Shown here: positions 1 through 17,663 of the stretch, one piece after another | Position numbering within the stretch: position 1 is the first letter of the stretch | How the letters are laid out: every line of letters starts with the position of its first letter | Source of the DNA: Auanema rhodensis | Taxonomy: Eukaryota; Animalia; Nematoda | Length of the DNA stretch: 64,000 bases | Reading direction: 5' to 3' | Assembly (NCBI GenBank): GCA_964057225.1 | Contig: OZ059894.1 | Coordinates: forward strand, 8,494,001-8,558,000 | The notes under the pieces: model-generated | Seen by the model: only the letters and a program-made list of their open reading frames with translations | What the model was told of the DNA's origin: nothing | Database searches by the model: none | Translations under genes and position numbers: made by a program

Positions 1-5397
<5,397 letters not shown>

Positions 5398-7909
5398 ACT
5401 AAAATGAGAATTATTTAATATTATGTTATTTAGTATACAGCATTGAGATAAATGAGAAATGTATATTGTTAAGAAGATATGATACTTTGATCACATATCA
5501 TTATTAATGGCCCGCTTTATCAGACATACGAAGAGAATATCAAATTAACAGGTAAACTTTCAAAGTTTGAAAAAATGAAAACTCTTAATAATATATAAAA
5601 TAAGAAAATTATTAAAACTGTGCTAACATATAACATTTTTTACAAATGCCACTAGATTGAAACCTATGAAAAACAAAATATGGAACCACGACGTGCTAGC
5701 AATTGAGTTGGCGAAAGACAAATGGCATATGCCGCAAGAGCAACGACCACATAAAACTTCAACCCGTTGACGGTTCTGAGGATATACATACCTGATGGAA
5801 TAAGATATATTTATCAAATTGAAAAGAGTAGACAAAAAAGAAGTAAACGTGTTATTGTTAAAATTTGCAGAAATTCAAGAATCAGCAAACGAAAATAGAA
5901 AAGGAGGTAAGGTCAGGTGTAAAGCATATTTCAATGTTTTCATTCAAGCTTGAAATTTTTTTATAACTTGTAGACACGGAACATAGTAATTGAGTGCAAT
6001 TGAACTGATGAATATTTTGGTAACAACTTCTTCAACCTGTATAGAAATTATCAAGAGGGGATTAGATATAATTGCAGAATAATAAAATAAATGATTGAAA
6101 CGTATCAGAAAACATTTAATAACAGTAGGATAGATGGCTCAGTGACTCCTAGAATTTCTGGACAGAATAATGATTTGTTCTCTATCTTGTCCGTCTTCTC
6201 CAGTAAAGCGGGGGAGAGATACCGAATTCAAGATGGTGAAAAGGAGAAGCTGTAAGAAGCAAATGAACGCTAGAGTTTAGGAATTAGCAAGACAACAGAG
6301 GGAGATAGAGCGATGATATAAACCAAAAGACAGCTCAAAAACAGATAGATGGATATAGAGGTAAGAGATGGCCAGAAAGTTGATGGTCGAATCAGCAGAT
6401 GCGAGGGCGTGGCAGAGCTATATTGCCATTGGGAAAGCGGGGGAGTGATAAAGAAAAGAAAAGAAAGAAGGAGAAGCAACATTGGAAGAAAGTCGTTCAA
6501 TTTTCAGGATCATAAAATATTTGAACATGAAACAGTTTTTTATGTTATTTTCTATGTAAAATCGATGTTTCATAGTCATTTCTTTATCTACAAAAGATCT
6601 TTGAAGATAATCTTTACTTACGTACGCAGTCATTAACAGTGCAGGTTATTAGCATAAGCATATTCTAATTTAGCTACGCTGTATTTAATTTAATTGTCGT
6701 TGATTTCAGTGTGCGGTTGCATTCAAGTAGACTCTAGTTTCATAATTCATTTTTTTATTTAAAATTAAAAAAAAAACAAGTTAATAATATTGTTTATTTT
6801 TATTACAAGGAAATATTAAATTATTTCCATTCTGATCTGTATATATACTAAATTTCTTATTTATTTTTTACCTTTGGCTTTTTCCCAAATATTTCTAATT
6901 ATAACCTCGAAGAAATCAATGATCGAGCTAGTCCATCAGTAACAGCTGACTTTTAAACCTGGATTGGTCAGTGGCAGTCCTTCTTCTTCTCTGGCAAAGA
7001 ATTTGCTCAATGTTTCTGCTACTTGCTTTATTTCCATTCTATTTTTTAAAATAACTCATAATTGTTGATGAAATATATGGTAATTGAAATTAGTGAATTA
7101 TTATAAATAATCATCAAATTTATTGATTTTAACAACAACTCATCAAGATTCATTATATAAATATTACATTAGCCGATGTATTTGCTTCAATCTTGCTTTG
7201 ATTTCCTAATTCAAAACAATAAGCAAGAGAAAAAACGGCTAAAAAAAACGTTGCGAGAATGAAACACGCTCATTTCATTAATAATATATCAATGTTACAA
7301 TAAAATAATAAACAAATAAACTATTTTATCCAGGTTCAACTATCATCTTATAAGTACCCGAATAGCCTCTGCGGAATAGTTGTAATTAATCAACTGAAAA
7401 TCTGCCGAATCGTTCATCTGCTGCAGTCTATCCTCTTCACACAACGTCAGTTGCACGATGATGTTCGTTCAAAGAGCATATCACACTTATGCACAATATA
7501 TTATGTTCAGCATTAAGTTAACAATATGTAACAAGGGGTATAAGAAAATAGTTTATATAATAAACATAAATTACAAAAATGCAAACCATTTGAACTAAAT
7601 TTCGCGGGTAAAGAAAACAATACCGGAAAAAACGACTTTAAACTAAAAGATCAAATGAGGTCATCCTTAACAAAGGAAAAATTGATTTATCCCAGCTGTC
7701 CAGCAAGCAGGGGGAAATGCTATTATCTACATACACTCTATTTACAATTATTATACAACATTGACTACCCCAAAAAGCGGGGACACCCTAAGTACACCTA
7801 TACACAACTGAACTACCCAAAATACTTTACACCTGATTTCAGTTTTGATTATTTTTTGGCAGTAGTAAATTATGACTACGAAGTGGCTAAGCAGAAAATG
7901 ATAATCAAA

Positions 7910-10345
7910 CTAATTCAAAATTTCCGTAACTTCACCCATTCCTCTAGTCTTTCCTTGACGGAAGATTAAGGCAGTTCCAACCTGTACATATTCGGGATGA
8001 CAATAAAACTCGAATGTGACATTGGCCCATTTTCCTTGCTCTAAGCTATCCTGTTCCATCTCAATTACTGTGGCAGTCTGACACACAGAGCCAATATAGA
8101 CTGAAACCATTAGATAAAGTTTGGAACATATTTCAAAAGAAACCTGTTGCCTGGAAACCAGTGCTTAGCTGCCTTGCATGATGACACAACAAGAAGAGGT
8201 TAGCTTTGAAACGCATGCAGCTCATAGGAATATCAGTACAATGAATGAGAACCATGCCCTTAAAATTGAAACTTAAAAATGTATGCCTATGCTCGATCTT
8301 ACTCTTCTCAGTGGTATAGCTTCAGCTGACAATATATTCAAAGCGATGGTTGCTGCTTGTCCAGGCAAAATTGCTCGAACAGGCTGCTTGCTTCTACGAA
8401 TAGTTCGCACTTGAGCTTTCTCATATGAACCGTCACGAAGAGGCCCAACGAATACATTATCTCCTTCCTGAAGTCTTCCTTGAGATAGCATCCCATATAC
8501 TACAGTTCCCACCTAAACATAAAAAAAAATTGATGATCAAAAAAGTTAAGCATACATGCGGAACATTGTACATTTCCTCTAAAGTAAATAATGGAGATTC
8601 CTCGGCAAGCTTGAGTCTTGAAGAAGCCGATCCTGTAAAATTGACAGATTGAAGATCACGATTACCGAAATCAAACCTGCAGGAGATAAAACATTTAAAA
8701 AGCAACGTAGACACTTGAATCCTTCTCCAGTTACAGATGAAATACTTAAGATAGGAACAGTACCACTTGTAGATAAGTCACCAGCAGCCCTACAATTGAA
8801 CTTTAATCACTAACAATGAAGAAAAAACCAAACCTTAAGGCATCCCTTTTAGTTTTAATCCTTTTAGGATTACATGTCATACCGGCACGAGCAACAATAT
8901 GTGACACACTTCTTACAACTCTAGAGTAAATGAATTAACATACGTGAAAAACAAAAAATTCTCAACAAAAAAATTAAATAAATAAACAACAGACTAACCT
9001 GTTTAACTGCTGCTTATCAACCAGATCGATTTTTGTTATGATAACAAAAACAGGGATATTAAGAGCTGCTGCGAAACCTAAGTGCTCTTTTGTTACAGAA
9101 GTGGCACCCGTCTCAGCTGATAACAATCTAAGATCGTTATAATTAAATATGAAAGACCAATTATAGTACTCACAAACAAGCAAAGTGAGGGTTATACCCT
9201 GATAGTCCATGAATAGTAGTTTTCATGTACTTTGAATCACCAGCAAGATCAATAAGCGTAAGTAGTTTTGTCGAGTTTTCTACCATTTCCTCCAAATTAT
9301 GCTTGGCATAGTTCACAAGCTGTAAATATCGTAAGTGATGTCAATAAAGTGAACCTTACTTTTCCACGAGAATCGAACCCTATGACATCAAGACAGACTG
9401 AACTTGTTTTCCCGGTTCTCACTTCATGAGGATACCTATTGCGAATATATCAAGAAAATTTATAAATCTCGATATACCTGAACAGGTTTTGTCTCGCATT
9501 TCCGTTACCATCATCAAGGACGCCCTGTGTCATAACTCCACATAGAGTAGATTTCCCTACATCCATGCTTCCCAACACGGCCAAACTAAATTCAGTATAT
9601 CATGTTATACCTGCAGCAATCTCTTACCGTATTTCAATAAATTCTTGAGACTCTGGTACTTTTCTTACTAAAACTTCAACAACTGTTCTTCTAGCATTTG
9701 AACCACGTGTTGTTACATCCCGTTCTGTTATCTTAAAAACAAGCAATAAGAACACACCTTGAAGTATTTACAAGCGATTATGATACGCTCTGATAGTAAC
9801 TCACAATGACCATACTAGCGTCAAGGGCATTTGTCATGGCATTCAGAGTAGATAATGAAGCTTCCAACTCAGCATCAGTAAGACCTGTCATTTTCCCACC
9901 ATCTTCTACTCCCATCTTTGAAAATAATTGCAAATATGCGAGGTGTTAAGTTAGTGTTACCTCATAGATTGCTTCGCCCTGACCTTCCCGAAGACGCCAC
10001 TTCATTTGTGTGATCAAATGCTGTAAGCGTGAAGCTGATGGATTGATCAGCTTGGCCTAGAATAGAAATAACAAGATATAATAAGCATACTTCAGTATAA
10101 TTAACCTTATATTCAATATTTCCGAGCTCCATCTCTGGCGGAAGTTGGTAGTCATTATCTGATTCGTCATCGTTAGAGTTTAATAAGGCACGTGAATCTA
10201 ATGAATTACTGAAAACAAGAATGAAGAAAAACAGAAATTCGAGAAAAAACAAAATAAGAGTAAAAACAATATGAACAACTTACTGATTTGTATTATATAT
10301 TTGATGAGAATCTTCTTCACAAAACTGTGATATCATAAAATCCAT
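7910..10345 (-). CDS. GTPBP2: GTP-binding protein 2 (GTPBP1/2 family translational GTPase), multi-exon
   Basis: ATG 10345 (MDFMISQFCEED). Spliced product contains LPPEMELGNIEYK, LITQMKWRLREGQGEAIYE, G1 GSMDVGKSTL, G3 DLAGD, G4 TKID, and C-terminal beta-barrels ending FRQGKTRGMGEVTEILN* (TAG 7910-7912). Confidence 0.92.
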
Positions 10346-11629
10346 TTTAAGCAGTTTTTCTTTGATATTTGATACAATTTGTACTAAAGTACTGAATTAT
10401 GGCCGTAACCAATCTATCATTCGATTAAAGTACTGAAATTGTACAAGTTAACAGTTTAGACGAGAATAAGCTTCTGAAAGCTTCAGCTTTCCGAATGAAG
10501 TATTAGTGCAAACAATTGTTTAACAGAACTTGTCAATGGAGAAACGAAGTAATGATATAAGAAGAAGAAAATGAGATTGTTGACGTCGGCAAGGAAAAAC
10601 AGAGCAAACGAACAGCTGGAACCGGTGTTATGGCGCAACGCGTCCGCCACGCTTGGCATGAAAAATACGCAGATGTATGAAGGCTTACCCCATGTTGTGC
10701 AACATAGTATATTCAAGAACGTACTAAGCATTATGAAACTCAGAAGAAATCTGACGCAATATGATTCTCAAAGTTGACTCATGACATAGAAAGACAAATT
10801 GGGAACTAGAAGTACATAATAGTGTACACAATACAAGAGAGCAAAGAGTATAAAAAAATGGCCCAACAGAGAGTGATCGAACCCCTTAACAGAATAGTTG
10901 TTTTTCGCTTGAATAAAAGAAACGCATCCAGTCTTACGAAAACAAACATTTTCTATCATTTGATCTATCAATACAACAGGCTAAAAATCGTAAAAGGAAT
11001 GAGAAACAGCTATAATGAAAAAAAAGATGAAGCTTAGAAGCTATATCTATGCAATTGATATTTAAAAAATGTTTTCGATAAAAGAAGTAAACAATTTTGA
11101 GAAAAACTATCAATGCATGAAATATTGCTTAGAATTGAGATAATTGTTCTTTATCCGAGAGTTAAAAAAACTTTTATTAGTTATTATCCATCACTAACAA
11201 AGTTTTCAGAACTAAACATCAATAAAAAGTGCAAATAATCAAATTAATGAACATAAGTGAATTATGAAATGAATAATAGCTTAACTTGTAGTCACAAAAC
11301 AAAATGACATCAATATGACGTAATCAAAATAAAAATCATAAAAATCATAACAATAATATACATTGTAAACAACAACAATTTTTTAAGAAGTCAAGCAGTG
11401 ATCAGCTGGGATTACCGATCTGTTAGGAAGCAGCTTGAATATGTGAATGATATTGTGGACTAAAGCTAATGGTTAAGATTCGCAGGCAAAGAAGGGTTAC
11501 TGTAATTTATATGATCAACATTCTATTTTAATTTTATGTGGTTGCTTAAACCGTTTTTTGAATTTTGCTTATGTTCAGTAATTTAAATTTTTTCAGAATT
11601 ATAGAATAAATAATAGAGAATTAAGAGCC
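10346..11629. promoter_or_regulatory. Probable bidirectional promoter between GTPBP2 and the UTP5-like gene
   Basis: Start codons are divergent and 1.3 kb apart. There is a local GC-rich patch at ~10615-10660 (GGCGCAACGCGTCCGCCACGC). TTTCAG acceptors lie just upstream of each ATG (~10433-10439 on -, 11591-11596 on +), consistent with trans-splice sites. Confidence 0.5.
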
Positions 11630-12806
11630 ATGACGATGGATGTATTGAAAAAGTAAGAAAGTTTTGAATTCCGTGTAATTAGTTTTAGTTCCAGACCTAC
11701 TCCTGAAGCTGAAAGTACTAAAGATGGAAAAGAATCATCTTTAGCAGTTCTTTTAACTCAAGGATTAATGGCAAATGATGCTGTGAAAATTGATTCAGTT
11801 TTAAGAGAAACTAAGCTGGAAGTTATTAATGTGAGTGTTGTAAAATATATACGAATAATATGTTCTTAATATACAGTCTACTCTTCGTTATATGCAAATT
11901 TCAAATGTTATTCCTTTACTCAAAGCCATCGAACAACGTTTACGAACAAGATCCGCTCAAGAGTAGGGTGTTCATCGTTAATTATATGCAAACATTTTAT
12001 TTTAGAATTAGACCCTGGATTCAATGGATTAATTGCGTTCTTGCCACACATATGAGCTATTTAACCACTGTATGCTGTGCATTTATAATTTCATTCTCAT
12101 GATAATATATTAAGCAACAAAATCTCGATGACGACCTAGGAGGGTTGCTCGAATGGATGCAAGGGCGTGTTGGTCATTACCAAAAACTTCTTATGTTGCA
12201 AGGAAAATTAGGAATTATTGTTGAGCAGGTAGTTGATTTTAAAAAATGTCGGATTATTCTATTCTAAAGTATTAGAAAGAATAATACTGTTAATTTTTAT
12301 AGTGTCATATAAATTTTTAGATTGAGAGACGCACTAACACAACCGTTCGACCATCAGTTCAACCACAAATTATTTTTAACAATGGTATTTGAAAGCAAAT
12401 TATTATTATTAGTTTTCTAATTACATTGTAGATGAAGTCGTTGATTCTGATCTTGATGATCTCGAAACAGTTGGATCAGATGAGAGTGGAGCTAGTAGTG
12501 AAGACGAGTGGTGGGATGAAGGACAGAAAGCTCTTGGTTTGGATGACGAAGATGATGAGGAAGACGGTGTTTGAAAAATGCAATATAATTTAATCCAATC
12601 AATTATACAGATAGTGAAGATAATGATTCTGATAGTGACGCTTTCCAAAAACACAAAACTGCTGATAATGCAAGCGATATGGATGATGAAGACGATGATG
12701 ATGATAATAATACAGATGATGACGATGAGGTTTGAGACTTTCTATCCATATCATAATTAGTTAATCGTTTTAGGATGATGATGACGATGATATGGAAGTT
12801 GGATAA
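11630..12806 (+). CDS. UTP5: Utp12/Dip2-domain nucleolar protein, UTP5/WDR43-like (SSU processome), with acidic tail; multi-exon
   Basis: ATG 11630. Spliced product contains SSLAVLLTQGLMANDAVKIDSVL...VIPLLKAIEQRL...WIQWINCVLATHMSYL...RVGHYQKLLMLQGKL (Utp12-domain pattern), then a D/E-rich tail ending DDDMEVG* (TAA 12804-12806). Confidence 0.8.
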
Positions 12807-15800
12807 TATTAAACTGCTCGGTGTTCTTTCTCCACTGCTCCGTATAAGTAAGCGAACTGTTATAGGAGTTTTTATAAATGTTTGAATAGTTTCTATTACA
12901 CTTTCATTTTTTTTTACAAATTTTGAAACACTTCGCTGAAATTGTTTTTTTTGTTGCAAATGTTTGTTTTCTGGGCATATTCTCTCTAGAACACAATATA
13001 ATGCTCATTCATTAACCTATAGTGCCTTCTAGATACTATGGCTTGTGGTTAGTTTCTTAAATCTTCGTTGTTATGGATGCCAATGTCTTTGTGGTTTTAT
13101 GTTCACCTGGATTTTTTGGCTTGTTGTTATTTTGCGATGTTCAAATAAATATTTAAATATAAATTCGTGATCTTTTCATTTTATAAATCTGTAATATTCT
13201 AATGTATGCAAGAAGGAACTTGATTCATAGTCTAAACCAGTTGGAAATTTTTTTTGCCGTCCTCGAACATCGTTTTGAAGAATCAGATGTATTAGATGTA
13301 TGCAAATCTTCACTTATTTGATTTTCTTCAACGTGACATTCAAGTTAGCATCGGAATTGCTTGTAATCACATGTATTGGTATTTTCTCTGTTTTATCTTC
13401 CTTTTTTACCAGTTGCAGATGAAATAGGTCTCATTAATCCCTTTGTTATCTTTGCTGAAAATATCTTTATATTATAGCTATCATTCAGAAATCTGGCTAT
13501 GTCAGAGAACCAAATGAACAAGTTATCAGATTTGTTGGCATTTGGTCCTCTAGAAGCCATAGCTTACATCTTGAAATATTTTTAATTTTTTTAAATTAGA
13601 CAACATTTTAGAGTGATATGTGAGGTTTGATCAGTACCTCATAGCGACTAAGCTGTTTTAAGTCAGCCACGACATTTCTGCTCAGCTGCTCCAGATGCTC
13701 CAACTTCAGGACCCATCTCATACCAAATTTATCCCTGATTCGAATGCAAGCGTTTTCGAAATGATGATGGTGACCTCGACGAACGCAGTTTAGTTTCGAA
13801 CCGAATATGTTTGACCCAGAAATGCCGCCCGACTACACCAATTCAGTTGGGACGCGATTTCAGGTCGGTCGTGGACGCTCACATACACATTCAATGACTA
13901 GACGGCCAGCTATTCCTCGAGTCAGCCGTTTCAAGCCTCTCCCAATTTGAAAAATCTGGATTTGGAATTCGTCCTCTGTCCCCTCCCACATCCCGACGCG
14001 GTCCAGGTTCCAAGTTCAATGCGCAACAGCCTGTCTGATCTGTCCGGATCGACCACCCACTGGTATTCATCTCTCCTCGTTCTCCTCCCTCCTAATTCTA
14101 CTCTCCTGCGCTTCTTGTCTCCGATTTTGAGTTCCGATTTCATGCCAAATTCAAATAATTCTGCTACATTATTATGGATTTTTACTCAAACTTCTGAAAA
14201 CTTGTAATCTTTGCTTTACTATCAATATTGAAAGAAGTATCTTCTATTTTGTCGCTGCATGTTTGGCAAATCCATAAGAATAATATCTTTTTTCGATAAA
14301 AGTGAAGAACTGAATCGAAATAAGTCTTCGCTTCTCAATGAAGATATAAATAATTTTGAACGACAATCGGCTAACCCTCATTGATTACTAATAGTTTTAA
14401 AGATGAAATCAGTTCAAACACCATAAATGCCATTTGATTTCTGAAAGAAAAACTTTGAAACCAAATATTAAAATTTCATAAGCTGAGTGAAATTTTAACT
14501 TTTCAGAAGCACTTAATAATTCCCAAGCCATTCTTCTGTTGATTAATCCCGTCTCTATCTATTAAATATTTTCAATTTATTCTCATCCGAATATCAATTG
14601 ACGCGTAAAATAATTTTGAGATTAAAAAATTACATTTTCGATTTTTTTTCGAAACAAATAGTCACATTTTAGTCTGTGATCAATTTATCTGGGATTCTTT
14701 TGGAAGGTAAATGTCAAATGTGTTAGGTAGTGGTGCTCAAGCAGATCCGGGTATCCAACAGACTAAAACAGAAGATTATCTCAGCTTTCCCGAATCTTTG
14801 TTTTTTTATTCTTTGAGATATGGATATATGAACAGACGACCCAGTCTTCTCGCTCATGTACAAGAAATCATTTCGACTTTTATTACTATCTGACCATAAT
14901 ATAATACAACCAGCAATCATTGAAATCCGCCTGACACAGAGTTCTCTACCATAAAGTGAACTGTAATGCAAATTCGTTTTCTTTTTCTTTGAAATTGAGC
15001 GTCGTATTCATCTATCTGGTCGGGCTAAGAAGTTTGTTGGCTAGCAGAATATGGCTGACGGTATGCTGATGCGCGGGGAATAGGAGATAGCTATATGGTT
15101 AGCCAGCTGGGCCCTTCTGGATGACCGGATGACGACAGTGGACGGTCCTTTCAACTATTACTAAATCACCTCCACATACCATTCGTTATTTCTTCTTTCC
15201 TAACTGCAATTTGTCTTCAGCGGACCTTTCGGATGTCACCATGTTCATGCATATGGACATTCATCCGAGGACATGTCGTTGTTCAATTTGATGTCTGAAG
15301 TTGATCCAGTGATTCGGCTAAACCTGTTGGCGACCCACTGACAGCCCAAAATTTGAATACAGGGCTTTTTGCGTTCACTGATTTAATCAGACGTTCTAGT
15401 TTTAAAAGTCTTTAGGACGCGTCCGTCAATTAATCGATCTCTTATTTTCGGTGTAAAAGCTGAATTGGTTCAACCTGGGGGATGAAGAAGAAGATGATGA
15501 TAATGTGATTGGTCTGATCGTCAATTCACCTTTAATAGATCATCGCTACCCGTTTTGTTCAGCTTAACTCGATTCAAAACGGATTTTTAATTCGAATTTC
15601 TACCGAATTTTCGTTCTGTAATGAGACGCCTTAGCTCTTCTCACTAACACAAATCTCTATTTTTAATTCGTTTCTCTTTTTATTTCTGGACCTCCACTTG
15701 ATCACTTGCTATTTAACAATTTTTCATTTAATTTCTTTTTCTCATGTTGTCTAATTCGTTCAAGATAATTCCTATTTCTCGCACTTAATCACATATTACT

Positions 15801-16674
15801 CTTGAACCCAGTTTTCTCATAAATTTTATAAAACGTCTGTTAATTCAATATATAATTCTATAATAGTCTTTCCTTCGATGTTGAACATCTTAGTTATGAT
15901 CGAAAAATAGAATATATGAGCGCTGAATGTATGAACAATATCTCTGAACTTCAATTCACATCTTTCCAAATTGCCATGGTTTCTTGAAGGTGAAACCTGA
16001 TTTCAATCTTCTAGTCCATACTACTATTACCTGTGAATATCTCATGTACTTTTCAATTTTTCATCTACCAATTAAATTATTTAAAACATTTTTTTGTGTA
16101 CTGATCACGTACTCATACGGTTTATGCCAAATTTACGAGAACAAATCGGTTTGGTTCATCCTAAAGTACTAGAATTGGTTTAAAAAATCTACGTAGAATC
16201 GAAGATTCGAGGGACACTTAGAAGGACATTAGCCAGTTCTGGTCATCCGTTTTGACTGCAGTTTGCAAAACTGCTTTAAACCTTTTACAACCCTTAGTTG
16301 GAGGCTATCATGACAAGAATTTTGTCTAGCTATTGGGTTTGATCTGCTCTCTCTCTTTCTCTCCCAGCCTTTCTTCCCCTTTTCCTTTTCTTCACGTACA
16401 TACTACGCCTCGTATAATTTACTTAATCAATCTCTATTCTTTCTATCCTGGTGTAGCATTTCCTTTTGGAATATTAATTCCTTCTCAGTTTGCGTTGTGT
16501 TTGATTCTTTTATCAGAAATGGAATAGCGCTTGTTTAAGCTTTAGCCTGAGCATTTCTCCTCAGAGCCGTATATATCCTCACTCACACCTTATACTCCAT
16601 TCTCTCTCACGTTTTTTTCTTTTTTTTTCTCTTTAGCCACTCCTTTGTTCTTCAGTGAATGTCCTCATCTTTTC

Positions 16675-16675
<1 letters not shown>

Positions 16676-16700
<25 letters not shown>
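16676..16700. repeat. (AT)n microsatellite
   Basis: Direct reading. Confidence 0.9.
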
Positions 16701-16708
<8 letters not shown>

Positions 16709-17298
16709 CTTATATCTTATACATACATATATACATATGTGTGATGCGATTTATTTGATTCGTCAAACTTCCCCTCAGGGAATTATTTAATTATGAAATT
16801 TCAATGCTCTTTATATTATTATTTTCTTATCAGAATGATAAGCTTGTGGAATATTCTCTAAATTTTTTTTTCATCTTAAGGCAAAAGGTTTTTTTCTTTT
16901 TATATACTCTTTTATCTTCTTTCCCAATTGGCCATTCTGAAAACATTGCTAATGGTCTTTCCCGCTTATTCTAAAGCTGTTCATTCTGTTGGAGGACACT
17001 TCATCCACTTTCATCGCTCATGGTAAGACTAGCCTGAAAAGCTTGAGACCTTGAACCAACCTGGTTAATAAAATCCTGATTTTTCTGAATTTTCCGTGTT
17101 TCATCTCAAATTTTTCTTTTTTTTTCCTGCGAACATTAAAGCCTTCTACTGACAAATAGATGGTTTCTTCCTGTATGCTGAATCATCTTGTAGACTTTAA
17201 TCATTATCCTTGTAGACCTGTATGCTGTCATTCTTCATCTTATTCCTTTCTCTTCGATTTCTACGTATCTAACCCGTAATCAGACTTCCGATTTTCAG

Positions 17299-17502
17299 TT
17301 CAAATTTCATAACGAAGCCCCTTGTAAACATAACCGAACAGTCTAGGTTTGGCAAACGTCACATCATTGTCAGTTCTTCGTTGATTCGTAAGCCTGCATT
17401 CCCGATTCAGCAAAATATCCTCTGTTCTTATTTATTTCACTCGGATTTCTAATATTCTGAATCTTCTAACCGTTCAACGGATATCGTTCGCATTGCATTT
17501 AA
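17299..17502 (+). other. Probable non-coding 5' exon of the BED-finger gene
   Basis: ATTTTCAG acceptor ends at 17298 and a GTAAGT donor starts at 17503. The next acceptor, TTCAG, directly precedes ATG 17664. Confidence 0.45.
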
Positions 17503-17663
17503 GTAAGTTTTAGTTTAGAAACTTCGTAAGCTTTTCTTTCGTCGCCATTCTTCTGATATTTCTCCTAATAATCACAAAACTGTGTTTCCATCTATATTCA
17601 TCTATTTATTCGGATAACATCTAACAAATTAGAAAAGAAATTGAATTTTAAATCGTGCTTCAG

